A DNA stretch of 64,000 bases, from contig OZ024743.1 in NCBI GenBank assembly GCA_964016885.1, positions 113,460,001 to 113,524,000 of the forward strand, written 5' to 3'. Origin of the DNA: Eledone cirrhosa (taxonomy: Eukaryota). The position numbers were made by a program, and so were the translations under genes. A model generated the notes under the pieces. The model was not told the origin of the DNA. It saw only the letters and a list, made by a program, of their open reading frames with translations, and ran no database searches. Positions 12,780-26,190 of the stretch are shown one piece after another; the stretch's first letter is position 1, and every line of letters begins with the position of its first letter.

Positions 12780-13860
12780 CACCTCAATGAAGAACAAAGA
12801 CTGGTTTTATGAAAACAACAAGAAGATTCAAAAGATATTGACAGGGACAGTCTACATCAGATACCATCTTGATGGCAGCCTGTTTAATTTTTGTTGAATA
12901 CAGGCCCACATGGAGACCCTGGAGCAACTGATCTTAGACCTCCTCCTTGCCAATGATGCTGCTCTTGTTGCCCACACAGAAAGAACCTTGTGGTGCATCA
13001 CTTACTGCTTCACAGCTGCCCACCTATTTGGGATGGAAGTAAGCTGCACCATTGGTGAGATGGAACTGGAAACAGTCCATCAATTCATCTACCTGAGGTG
13101 CACCATCACATCAGATGCCAAGAGCAACAGGGAAATCAGCAACAGAATGGCAAATGTGAGCAGTGCATTTGGGAGAAGACTACAAACGCGTGTGGAACAA
13201 GAGTACCAAGATCAGAGTGTACAGAGCCATAGTCCTTACCACCCTACTTTATGGCTCAGAGTTGTGTGTCACTTATCGCCACCACCTTCGACTCCTCAAG
13301 CGCTTCCACCAGCACTGCCTCTGCACCATCCTCAACATCCACTGGAAAGACATATCACCAATGTTGAAGTCCTGTAATGTGCAGAGGTCACCTTTAATGT
13401 GTCATGCTGCTGAAGTCCAAAATACACTGGGCAAGGTATGTGTGGAGGATGAAGGATCATCACCTGCTTAGGATCACGCTGTAATGCAAACTCTCCACTG
13501 GCCAACGTGACAGGGGGCCACCAAGGAAGCGATACAAGGAATGTTTGAATAAATTCCTTGTTGCCTGTCACATCGACCATTGCTTGTGGTCCACCCTAGC
13601 CGAGAGCCATGATGTCTGGCATCTCAACATCAACCATACTGTCTCCTCCTTCGGAAACACCCGCAGAGCCACCCTCAAGGACAAAAGGCACAGGAGAAAG
13701 AACCACAACACCAAGTCATCAAAATCTGACCAGACCTTCAGCTGCAGTTGCTGCAGCCATGTCTTCCTGTACTGCATAGGCCTGAACATCCACAAGTGTG
13801 CCTGTAGTCAATGTGGACCACCCCTTCATAATCTTTATTCACAAAGCCAAGCCATAATGA
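12780..13860 (+). mobile_element. Decayed BovB-like RTE LINE (second RTE family) with C-terminal zinc finger
   Basis: DGSLFN, LLANDAALVAH, QFIYL, KIRVYRAIVLTTLLYGSE, and C-terminal CSCCSHVF...LNIHKCAC. Frameshifted. Confidence 0.85.
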
Positions 13861-13871
13861 TTCTGTAAGTG

Positions 13872-14212
13872 AATGTATGTGGCTTAGTGCTTAGAGAGTT
13901 GGATTCATAATTGTGAGGCTAGGCTGGAGAGTTGATTCCTGGACCAGGCAATGTGTTGTGTCCTTCAGCAAGACACTTTATTTCATGTTGCTCCAGTTCA
14001 CTCAGTTGTTGAAATGAGTTGTGATGTCACTGGTGTCAAACTGTATTGGTCTTTGCATTTCCCTTGGACAACAATAGTGGAGTGAAGAGGGGAGGATGGT
14101 ATGCATGTGTAAATGTTGGTATTCCACAAAAATACATGCCCAGGCTTGTGCCTCGGAGGGGACCTTTCTAAATATAAAACACATGGTTATTTGTGATTGA
14201 AGGGAGTCTCTA
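13872..14212 (+). mobile_element. tRNA-headed SINE (tail type E; related copy at about 29290-29600 -)
   Basis: GTGGCTTAGTG A-box, GAGTTGATTCC B-box, TGTGTCCTT.AGCAAGACACTT core, and a tail containing GCTTGTGCCTCGGAGGG. Confidence 0.75.
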
Positions 14213-15784
14213 ATTTTTATATGTATATATTATCATAATTTAACGTCCACTTTCCCTGCTAGAAATCGTTGGACAGGTCTTCATAGACCAAGTCAGTACT
14301 GAAGTGGGGCTACTGACCTCCCAAACAGGCCGAGGGTCTTGTATTCTGCTTATAGGAGTTATTGTGTCTTTTGACAGAAACTGAGGGGTCTTTTTAACCT
14401 CTTGTTTGACAAGCTTTCTATGGCTGGATGCCCTTCCTATCACCAACCATTTTACAGCATGTACTGCGGGCATTTATTGTGTAGATCGCCGACACTAGAG
14501 AAGTTGTCATACTGTGACAGGACTAAAAGGTCCTCCCAACCCTTTGTTTGGCAAGCTTTGTATGGCTGGATACCTTTCCTATCACCAAACACATTACAGC
14601 ATGTACTGGGTGTGTTTATCATGTAGATCACCAACATTAGAGAGGTTGTGGTGTCTTTGTCACAACTATGGTTTCCACTCAACACTCTTAGGTACGGTTT
14701 CTACAGTGGGGTACCCTTCCTGTCGCCAACCACCCATACAGAGTGCACGAAATGCATTTTCATGGTAACATAACTAGAGAGATTGTTGGTCATAGAGCCA
14801 ACTGTAGAGCCCTCTCAGCTCTGGGGAGGGGGCAATAAGGGAGAGAGATAGGTATGAAATTATAGGTGTTTGTGGGGATTTGGCTGATTTGTGCATGAGG
14901 ATGTAGGGGTATGAGGGATGTGGTCAATATGGTGGAGGTGGGGGTCGTGGTGGAGATATAGGTAAGGGGTAAGGGATGAGTAAATGGTAGGGGTGTCTGG
15001 TTAGTGCATGCGGAGAGGCGATGTAGTGGTATTGGAGGATGTACTTGATAGAGAGGGGAGTATGATAGAGGGATTGGAAAAGGGGATAGTGAAGGGGTAA
15101 GCAAGGGTAGTGGTGAGGGGAGTGAACAATGGTTAGAAAGCGTGTGTATATATATATATATGTATATATATATATACATATATATATATACACAACAGGC
15201 TTCCACACACAGTTTCTGTCAGTAAAAATCTGCTTACGGTGGAGAGATCGGAAAGGGGGGTAGTGAAGGGGTAAGCAGGTGTAGTGGTGAGGGGGGTGAA
15301 CAATGGGTAGAAAGAGTATATATATATATATATATGACAGGCTTCCACTCAGTTTCTGTCAGTAAAAATCTGCTCTGAAGACTTTGGCTGATCCAAAGCT
15401 ATGGTAGAAGACACTTACTTACCAATGGTGCTGCATAATGGATTCCAACTCGGGACCGTATGATTGCAAAATGAACTTCTTAAATTTCTGAGCATGTTTG
15501 TACCCATGAGGCAGATAATTTTTATCTCCCTCCTCAAAAACATAATTCTAGTTTTCCAATTACACTGCAGTGTTTCATATTGTTTTGAAATGCTTCAATT
15601 ATGGATTAATGAATAAACAATGTCGAAATTATCAGTTTCTAAATGCTTTAGTTCGAAAATAATATTTGGCAACGTTTCAAATTAAGCCACCAGCCAAATC
15701 ATCCATACTTACCTCCACTCAACCAAACAATTCAGCGAGCCGACTATTCTATTGGTGTGTATGTATATACATATATATACACAT

Positions 15785-16180
15785 ATCATCATCATCATCA
15801 TCACCGTTTAATGTCCATTTTTTCATGCTAGTATGGGTTAGGCAGGTTGTTCCATTTGAAGCAAGTTGGGTCAGGTGACCGTGTCTTGCTCACACAGAAC
15901 TGTTTCTGGCTTCGTTTCTATGGCTGGATGCCCTTTCTAATGCCAACCAAATTTACAGTGTGTGCTGGGTACTTTTTGACATAACACCTACACGACCACT
16001 TTACAGTGTGGACTGGGTGCTTTTTGTCCTGACACCTACAAGACCACTTTACAGTGTGGGCTGGAGGCTTTACTAGATGTATGCTACAGCCTGTCCTCAG
16101 GGACGATGTATGTGAGGGTGGGGTGGTGCATACTATATATATGCTTCAGCTTCAGCTGAGCCTATGGGAAGGCAGGTCTT
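15785..16180 (-). mobile_element. RTE LINE 3' UTR fragment
   Basis: (CAT)n tail, GGCTGGATGCCCT motif and 49-bp units. Confidence 0.75.
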
Positions 16181-16325
16181 ATATATAAATATCATCTGGT
16201 AACAGAGGGCAAGATTTGAACTCCAAAGATACAGGACCAGAACAGAAACCACAATGTATCCAGTCTAACACTCATACATACAAACCCATCAATCCACTTC
16301 CCTAAACTGGTATTTTTATACATAT

Positions 16326-16384
<59 letters not shown>

Positions 16385-16423
16385 CATATGCATACATATA
16401 CGCGTGTATTTACGGACATTATA

Positions 16424-16458
<35 letters not shown>

Positions 16459-16498
16459 ACACACATTTACTCACACATACATACATACAAACATAAAT

Positions 16499-16530
<32 letters not shown>

Positions 16531-16990
16531 CCCTCCCTGTCCAGCCTCTCTTCTCAAATCTATTGGGGACATTTTGCTGGTTTTATTACTGAAGTATCCC
16601 CACAGCCACCACCATCACAACCACCACCGCCACCAGTAAGAGAAGTAACTCCACCATAAACACTAGTAGCAGAACTAACACTACCATCCTACTGAGAGTG
16701 GTTGTAAGTTGACTGAAATGCCAAGAGAATGGTGAGATAGCTAAACCTACTCTATAGGAATTATTGCCAAAACTATTTATCTTGTTTTACTATTAATTTG
16801 TATTCCCTAGATACCATATTGAGGATAAATCTATAATGACCAAGCTATCTATCCACACTCACACGTCACACTGTCACATACTTGCACTCACATACTCTTA
16901 AATGTATGTACAATGTTCATCGATATACATCGTCACACACACACACACACACACACACACTTGTACATTCACAAATGTATGTATATATTT

Positions 16991-17180
16991 ATAATTGTTT
17001 CTACTTTAGGCACAAGGCCAGCAATTAACCAGTGCATTACTGGTACTTTATTTTATCAACCCCGTAAGGATGAAAGGCAAAGTCAACCTCGGCGGGATTT
17101 GAACTCAGATCGTAAAGGGACGTAACTATGCTGGAAAGCATGGCGTCCAACCCCCTACCGATACTGCCAATCCACCGCCC
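16991..17180 (-). mobile_element. tRNA-headed SINE family B (other copies at about 17725-17870, 18400-18580, 26192-26412, 38455-38590, 46445-46637, 49425-49600)
   Basis: Head GGGCGGTGGATTGGCAGTATCGGTAG...GAGTTCAAATCCC, body GACTTTGCCTTTCATCCTTACGGGGTTGATAAAATAAAGTACCAGT, tail TAGAAACAATTA. Confidence 0.85.
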
Positions 17181-19825
17181 TATCTATGTATATATCTATA
17201 ATGATCAAGCAACTCATCCACATACTCTCACACAGTCACAAACTCACACATACTCACGTACTAACAAACAGATAGACACACATTCACACACACATATTCA
17301 CAAATCATCATTATCATCATTTAACATTCATTTGTCCACACTTTCCTGGGTTGGATAAGTCTTATTCAGCACAGTTTTGTCACTTGTTATTCTTTGTCAT
17401 CTTCTTCATAAGGCCCAGCCTCCAGAGAACAGCTTTTGCTACCCCTTCCTTGGCCTTCTATGGTCTTTATCAGTCTTCCTTGGTCTTCCTTGGATAATCA
17501 CAAAGTCAGCGAAAGTTCAACGAAAGTTCAGCGAAATAAACAGTATGTCTACTGATGGTATTGTAGGGCACCAACATGACATACAGTATGTTTTGGGCAC
17601 ATGAAACCTGGCAGAGCCCATCCCCTCTTCATGTCTGAACTCAGCTGATATCTTCCAGAGAATAAGAGAGGAGAGAGAGTGAGTGATAGAGAGGAAGTGA
17701 GAAATAGATACAGAAGAAGAATCAACCCCAGTAATAAACTGGTACTTTTTTAAATGACTTCAAAAGGATGAAAGGCAAAGCTGACCTCAGCAGGATTTGA
17801 ACTCAGAGAGCTGGAATGAATGTGTCAAGCATTCCATCTAATGTTCTAATAAATCTGCCAATTTACCACAATAGACATACACTATTCCATGCTATAAATA
17901 AAATTACTAAAATTTTCAGAACAAAATATTGACATATTTTCTAAATAAGTGTATGAAATAAAATTATATATAATATAATTATTTAGCTTAGATTTGTTCA
18001 CCTCAAACAACTGCAGTTTTTGCTATCATAGAAGCTTCCTACAATCAATTCATGCTACTCAGTCTGAATATAAAATATGCCGTCACAAAGTCTGTCATCC
18101 CACGGGCATTATATATTATTTCAGGGTATATAAAAATTTCTATAAATTTCAAAACTAAATCTGGACATGTTTTCTAAACATATATATGTAATAGAATTAT
18201 GTCACACTATTATTTAGCTTAGCTTTCATCTCCTAGAAGCTTCAATGCTTTCTATCATGGTGACTATTTCTTATCAAATCATGCCTCTCATCTCAACATT
18301 TGCACTAATCTACAATGGCCAGGCAATCCATCTACATATACAAATATCTGTATTATGTATGCATGCACATACATATATGTATATATTCGAGCATACAAAA
18401 TGATTGTTTCTACTTTTTGGCACAAGGCCAGCAATAACCCAGTGTATTACTGGTACTTTATTTTATCGACCCCGTAAGGATGAAAGGCAAAGTTAACCTC
18501 GGCGGAATTTGAACTCAGAATGGCAAGGGCCGTAACTCTATGCGTCAAAGCATGGCGTCCGACCCTCTACCGTCCGACCCTCGAGCATACAAAATGATGA
18601 CAATGATGAAGACATCAACAAGTGCCACTGACGATGACAATTGTGTGTATTTTGTAAAATAGGATTTCAAATTTATTATCCGAGATTCTTATAAGCAGGC
18701 TTGGAACCAATTGTAAATAACCTTTCCCTTTCTCCCCACACAAGTTAATCTAAATTTAGCATCTTTCCTTTCTATCTATTAGATTAAGTATACCTGCTTT
18801 TATCTGCCTCTCATGAACTTTACTTTTCCCATCAAGCTTGGCTAACTTTAATTTAGTAAATGTGATATGGAGTTCTTATTTGTGCTAATGATGTTGAATG
18901 AAACAGAAACAAGTTTTTGTTTGTCAATATTATGGTAATGTATGTTAAACAAATATCACAATTGAATCATGAGAGAAACTTGAATATTCAGTGTCAAAAA
19001 TTAATATAGCTATCTTTAATGAACTAAGGGACTAGTCTTTCCATTAAGCTCTCCCATTCCTCACTTGTAAAAGAAATGAAAACAGCCAATAGAAACGAGG
19101 CTTATAGCTATAGATGTGTGGTTGTGTGTGTGTATATATGCACACATTTATTCCTGAATGACCCTCATCCTTGCTGAGCTATAGCAGCATAGAAAGTCGA
19201 ACACAGACAATAATACCATAAGATGTTCCTTAATTTAAGAACATCCTTCCTTCCATGGGCTAGTAATAACAACATAAACCTATCCTCATCCCCCCACTCC
19301 ATATCACCATCCTTCCAACCTGGCCAATGACACAAGCATTCTAGTGTTGAAATATAGTTGTACTGGTACCACAATAAAGTGCAATTTGCCCACAATAGAA
19401 AAAAAACAAAAGCCATCCAGCTCACCATGTGAGGTAGAAGTAGTGGTGCCACAAGAAAATGAACCCAGTAGAGGCCATGAAGAGTTTGGCTTTAGGAATG
19501 GCATCCAGCTATGGAAATTAGATGTGTGTGTGGCAGTATAGTATTTGAAGGTTACGACAATGCAAAATGGATGGTAGATTATGGAATAGATCAAAGGCAT
19601 CAAAGATGTTGGTGTGTCAGCTGTTATCTTATTTACCTGTCCTAATATTTCGGCAGAGGACTATAGTAAGAAACTGTCTTGAAATGTTTTCGTTGTTATT
19701 GGCTCGGCATTTTTCCGATATATTTGTTGCCTTCAATTCATCCAAAAATCTAGCGTCCATCTTACATTGTCTTTAAATAACATACCGCTTTATACAAGCT
19801 ACAACATCCTCTTATATATATATAT

Positions 19826-19900
19826 ATATATAAAGAAAAAGAGATGAAATCGAAAATGCAACTGGAGTTGCATTTTCGATTTCATCTCTTTTTCTTTATA
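19826..19900. repeat. Short perfect palindrome next to (TA)n
   Basis: TATAAAGAAAAAGAGATGAAATCGAAAATGCAACT-GG-AGTTGCATTTTCGATTTCATCTCTTTTTCTTTATA. Confidence 0.9.
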
Positions 19901-19970
19901 CTTTCACTCGTGTAGGACACCTCGGTTATTTTTCAATTTGTAAAAAAAACCTCACTTTCTAATATATAAT

Positions 19971-20025
<55 letters not shown>

Positions 20026-20152
20026 ATGTATACACACACACACACACTGAATTATATATACATATCCATATGAAAAAGATGCGGTCACAATCCATCTGAC
20101 CTATGCAAGCATGGAAAATAGATGTTAAATTATGATGATGTTGATATATGGA

Positions 20153-20183
<31 letters not shown>

Positions 20184-20794
20184 CTAGCAGAATAGCCCAT
20201 TGTTGCTAGGCAATTTTCATCTTAGAACTCCTTTCTTTCAATTTTTTTTATTCAATGATAGACCATGTCTCTCCTGTGCCTTATCTCCCATTACTTATTC
20301 CATCAGGCCTGTCACCATGAATCATCAATTACTCCCAAGGTGTTTTCTATGGAAATTTACTCGGTGGAGCTATATGTTGAAGTGTTAACAGTGGCTTGTT
20401 GTGTACTTTATCATGAGTATCTTCACATAAGCATCAGGTGGCCTCTGTGAGAACAACTCTCAGCCTCAGTAAAAACAATACCATTTATTGACAGCATGGA
20501 TGGACAGGATATTAAGGTTACATTGAAGGATTGCATGAGATGATCAATAAAATCCAGACTACTTAAATTGTCACAGTAAAACTGATTGATAGTATTAATA
20601 TTTTCTTCTTTTTTGTTTTTCTTTCATTTTTTTTCAGAATTAAGAAACTCCATGGGCCCTAAAAAACCTTTTCCTTGAAACACAGATTTCAAAAATCAAA
20701 TCCATTTTCCCTTAGAGTGCACCCTTTCTGTGCCTTTCATGTGATATACACACATTCATACTGACAAACATACATACACACATACACTCTCAAA

Positions 20795-21348
20795 TCATCA
20801 TCATCATCATCATCGTTTAACGTCAATCTTCCACGCTAGCATGGGTCTGGATGGGAATTGTCCCACTTGAGGCAAGATTGGTTGCCTTGCTCGGGACTGT
20901 CTGGCAGGTTTTCTACGGCTGGATGCCCTTCCTAACACCAACCACGTTTACAGGGTGGACTGGGAGGTTTTTACCATGTTACCTACACGGCCACATTACA
21001 GCGTGGACTGTGTTTTTTTTTGTCGTGACACCTACACGACCTCATTTATTTAGGACTGGATGTTATGGTACCAACATAGCTTTACATCGAAAGGGGTGGT
21101 GTATTTTGGTTAAGAGGTGCCTACTGACTGTAGGTTTCACTTTGTACTTAGGCAAGGCGGGTCTTCTGTATTACTGCATAGCGTCAAAGATCTCGGTCCA
21201 GTGACATTGTCTTGGAGAGGTGTAAGTGTGTGAGGTCGGAATTTATCAAGTCATCCCAGGTTTTTCTGGGTCTGCCTACTCCGTAGATACCGTCTATTTT
21301 GATCGCCCTGCACTTTTTTATACAGCTGTCGTCTTTCATGCGCATAGA
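20795..21348 (-). mobile_element. 5'-truncated RTE LINE
   Basis: MRMKDDSCIKKCRAI...GRPRKTWDD, followed by the 3' UTR and (GAT)n tail. Confidence 0.9.
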
Positions 21349-21354
21349 TATATA

Positions 21355-21394
<40 letters not shown>

Positions 21395-21399
<5 letters not shown>

Positions 21400-21708
21400 C
21401 CTTGTAATCAAAAGGTTGTGAGTTCAATTCTCAGACCGGGTGATGTGTTGTTTCCTTGAGCAAGACACTTTATTTCACATTGCTCCAGTTTACTCAGCTG
21501 TAGAAATGAGATGATAGGGACTGGGGTCCCTATCATTCCACTGCAAAGTCGTCGTGGAGGTGCCATGGCAAAAAAGCACCCAGCACTCACTGCAAATGAG
21601 GTTGGTGTTAGGAAGGGCATCCAGCTGTAGAAATCAAGCCAAAATCAGTTCCCGTCCCACCCTTGCAAGCAGGGAAAAGTGGACGTAACCACTAAGCCAT
21701 GTGCCTCC
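21395..21708 (+). mobile_element. SINE family A copy with its 5' head inverted and placed at the 3' end
   Basis: The body matches 47543-47879 and 59537-59884. 21686-21708 is the reverse complement of the head GGAGGCACATGGCTTAGTGGTTA. Confidence 0.85.
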
Positions 21709-22018
21709 ATAATATAAAATATAATTAAAAAAAGCGAAGGGGTGTCCAATAGGCAAGTAAATACAGTATATTGTTATTAATAATTTAGTGTTAAAAAAAT
21801 ATATATTGCCACAAAAAAAAACATAAAAAGAATTGTGGAAGATATTTACGATTCCGCGAATATGTAGTGGTTTCCACAAACAATTATTAGTTAGGTTCTA
21901 AGGAAAATTCTGCGAACACAACTGGGACTGTGAATGCCAGAGGTACACTGTATATATATATATGTTTATATATATATATAGATAAATCTACCAAACCAAA
22001 TTGTAAAATTATATTATT

Positions 22019-22677
<659 letters not shown>

Positions 22678-22679
<2 letters not shown>

Positions 22680-22896
22680 AAGGCGTGTGGCTGAGTGGTT
22701 AGAGAATTGGATTCGCAATCGTAAGGTTGTGAGTTCGATTCCTGGACCAGGCGATGCGTTATGTCCTTGAGCAAGACACTTTATTTCACGTTGCTGCTTC
22801 TACCTGGAGTTGCGACCGATAGATAGTATTAGCAATTGGAAAGACCAACGGAAACATTGTTCCCTCGGTCCGATTTGACGAAAGTTGATCGTTCCA
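22678..22896 (+). mobile_element. tRNA-headed SINE (tail type D; related copy at 43628-43845)
   Basis: GGCGTGTGGCTGAGTGGTTAGAG...GAGTTCGATTCC head, shared core, and tail CTACCTGGAGTTGC...CCGATTTGACGAAAGT.GATCG. Confidence 0.85.
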
Positions 22897-22907
22897 TCAT
22901 ATATATA

Positions 22908-24046
22908 TCATCATCATCATCATCATCATCAACGTTTAACGTCCGTGTTCCACGCTTGCATGGGTTTGGACGGCGGTAGTCCCACTTGAGGCAAGAGTGA
23001 TTGTCTTGCTCGCATAGGACTATCTGGCAGGTTTTCTACAGTTGGATGCTCTTCCTAACACCAACCACATTTACAGTGTGGGTCTGGGAGGTTTTTACCG
23101 TGTTGCCTACACGGCCACATTACAGCGTGGACTGTGTGTTTTTTTGTCGTGACACCTACACGATCTCATTTGTTTCGGCCTGGATGGCTCGGCACCAACA
23201 TAACTTTACATAGAACGAGGTGGTGTGGGGGTGGTGGTGGTGGGACGGGGGTGTATTTTGTTAGAGATGCCTACTGGCTGTAGTAGGTTTTGCTATGTAT
23301 TTAGGTAAGGTGGGTCTTCTCTGTTACTGAGTACCGCCAAAGGTCTCGGTCCAGTGACATTGTCTTGGTGAGGTGTAAGTGTGTGAGGTCGGAGTTTATC
23401 AGCTCGTCCCAGGTTTTTCTAGGTCTGCCTATTCCGTGGCTACCGTCTATCTTTATTTCCCTGCACTTTGTTATACAGCTATCGACTTTCATGCGCATCA
23501 CGTGTCCATACCAACGTAGCCTTCTCTCGAGTAAACAACATCTGATCCCTCTTATTTCTAATTTTTTCCTTAGTTCGTTTATGCTTTGCCGTTCACGTAT
23601 ATTACTGTTACACATCCAGCGGAGCATGCAAGCTTCGTTCCTCTCTAGTCTGCGTATATCCTCTGCACACAATGCCCAGGTCTCACTGCCATGCAACATT
23701 GCTGTTCGTATGCAGGCATCGTACAACCTGCCTTTCATTTTTAGGGAGAACCCTTTAGCAGCTAATAGTGGTATAAGCTCTCTGAATTTTTTCCAACCAG
23801 TTCTGACTCTAGCTACTGTACTTTCAGAGCACCCTCCCCCACTGCTGATTTTATCGCCCAGGTAACGGAAGCTGTCCACTATTTCTATAGAACCCTCTGC
23901 GCAATTGAAAGAGCTAGTATTTTGTGGGCACTTGCTGCTACTTATTGCACCAGAGCACCGGCCACATGTAAAATCTATGTTCTTAGTTAGCTTACCTGTG
24001 ATCCCACTACATCTTTTATGCACCCATACTTTGCATTTAGGACATA
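22908..24046 (-). mobile_element. 5'-truncated young RTE LINE (same subfamily as 61960-64000)
   Basis: Open 240-aa C-terminal ORF at 23301-24023 (VHKRC...FRYLG...GRPRKTW), 3' UTR and (GAT)n tail. Truncated inside the PHD-like finger. Confidence 0.95.
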
Positions 24047-24369
24047 AATATATATATATATATATATATATGACACATCACATGTGCAAGCTACCTCAAA
24101 GACAAAGTCAGACAGAGCAGTAACTGTGAATAAGAGACAAATTAGATGAGTCTCTTGTGTGTTCCTTGTGTGAGATAACTTCTCTAAAACACATCTAAAG
24201 ACATTACAAAATAGCAAAGCTGGTCAGCTTTCTTGGGTGTTTTCTGGGTAAGATAACCTATAGCTTGGTGACTCATCTAACTTACACCAGCAGCAGGGAG
24301 AGATAGCTACTGTAAAATGATAATGTTGACAGTATTGATAATGATGAGAATAATGGTGTTGGTGGAGTT

Positions 24370-24915
24370 ATGATGATGTTGTGGTGGTGGTGGTAGTGAT
24401 GGTGGTGGTGGTGGTGGTGGTGGTGGTGGTGGTGGTGGTGGTGGTGGTGGTGGTGCATATTTAACACATATACATCAAAATACACAGATGCATTTACAAA
24501 CATGCTTATACATACATATATGCATACATTCATACATACCTGCATGCATGCATATATACATACAAACATGCATACATACATACAAACATGCATGCATGTA
24601 TACATACATATATGCATACATTCATACATACCTGCATGCATGCATATATACATACAAACATGCATACATACATACAAACATGCATGCATACATACATACA
24701 AACATACATACATACATACATGCATGCATATATACATGCATGCATGCATACATACATACAAACATGCATGCATATATACATCCGTATATACAAACATACA
24801 TACAAACATGCATACATACGTACATATATGCATACATACATACATACATTGCATACATACATTGCATGCATACATACATATATATATATATACACACATA
24901 TATACATACATACAA
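24370..24915. repeat. (GGT)n followed by (CATA/CATG)n microsatellites
   Basis: Direct inspection. Confidence 0.9.
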
Positions 24916-24989
24916 AGATAATTTGCTTCATAGCTGATGCTAAATAGTTTTTCATCCTGTCTCTTATTCAGTATGGAAAATCAATTGTA

Positions 24990-25680
24990 TAATGATGATG
25001 GTGATGGTGTTCATGATAATGATGGTGGTGGTGGTGGTGGTGGTGGTGGTGGTGATGAGGATAATGATGGTGGTAATGGTGATTATGATGATGATAGTAA
25101 TGGTGATAATGATGGTGGTGGTGGTGGTGGTGGTGATGAAGATAATGATGGTGGTAATGGTGATGATGATGATGATAGTAATGGTGATAATGATGGTGGT
25201 GGTGGTGGTGGTGGTCATGAGGATGATGATGATGATGATAGTAGTGGTTTGATGGTGGTGGTGGTGGTGGTGATGAGGATAATGATGGTGGTAATGATGA
25301 TGATGATGATGATAGTAATGGTGATAATGATGGTGGTGGTGGTGGTGGTGGTGGTGGTGGTGGTGATGGTCATGAGGATGATGATGATAGTAGTGGTTTG
25401 ATGGTGGTGGTGGTGGTGGTGATGAGGATAATGATGGTGGTAATGGTGATGATGATGATGATAGTAATGGTGATAATGATGATAATGATGATGGTGGTGG
25501 TGGTGGTGGTGCTGATGAAGATAATGATGGTGGTAATGGTGATGATGATGATGATAGTAATGGTGATAATGATGGTGGTGGTGGTGGTGGTGGTGATGAG
25601 GAGGATAATGATGGTGGTAATGGTGATGATGATGATGATAGTAATGGTGGTAATGGTGGTGATGAAGGTGGTCATGATAA
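24990..25680. repeat. Compound (GAT/GGT/AAT)n trinucleotide repeat with about 60-bp higher-order units
   Basis: Recurring GATGAGGATAATGATGGTGGTAATGGTGATGATGATGATGATAGTAATGGTGATAAT units. Confidence 0.9.
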
Positions 25681-26029
25681 TATTTATACATATTTTGCAC
25701 AGACACACATATACATCGATAGATACATACACGCATATAGTTACACACCCCGATACACATGCATAAATATGCACCATCATCAATATCATCTCTGTCAATA
25801 CACACATATATACATACACACATAAATACACAAATAAATAGATATATAAACTACATATGCATACACACATAAATACACAAATAAATGCATATATAAACAA
25901 CTACATATACATACATACATACACAAACACAACTAAATTATTTATTTATTAACTAGCACTAACTAGTTGTTTGATTGCAGTCATGCTTTTCCTTGGATCG
26001 GATATGTATTTTTATGTACACCATCCCAC

Positions 26030-26190
26030 CTCTCATTGCAGTCATTCATCATCTCTGAGTTTCAGCAATTTAAGATCAGCTCTCACAACCTCTGACCAGG
26101 TCTTCCTTGGTCTTCCGCTACTGCAATCTACTTCCACCAGGATTTCTTGGTGCTTGCTCTTCCAAAGATCATCATGCCTACACAGGTGTA
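26030..26190 (-). mobile_element. RTE LINE C-terminal fragment
   Basis: Minus-strand reading gives ...GRPRKTWSEVVRADLKLLKL. Confidence 0.7.

Noticed and set aside
20182-20212. ACTAGCAGAATAGCCC..TGTTGCTAGG, resembling a Helitron-like terminus
   Set aside because: Only about 30 bp, and no matching opposite end or hairpin was identified.
22678-22750. tRNA-like sequences (also at 43630, 46445, 47543, 59537)
   Set aside because: They are SINE heads that continue into shared core and tail sequence, with imperfect acceptor stems.
24282-25900. His-rich, Asp/Gly-rich and poly-Val ORFs (similar ones at 6122-7459, 21887-22774, 35908-37142, 60887-61682)
   Set aside because: These are translations of simple repeats.
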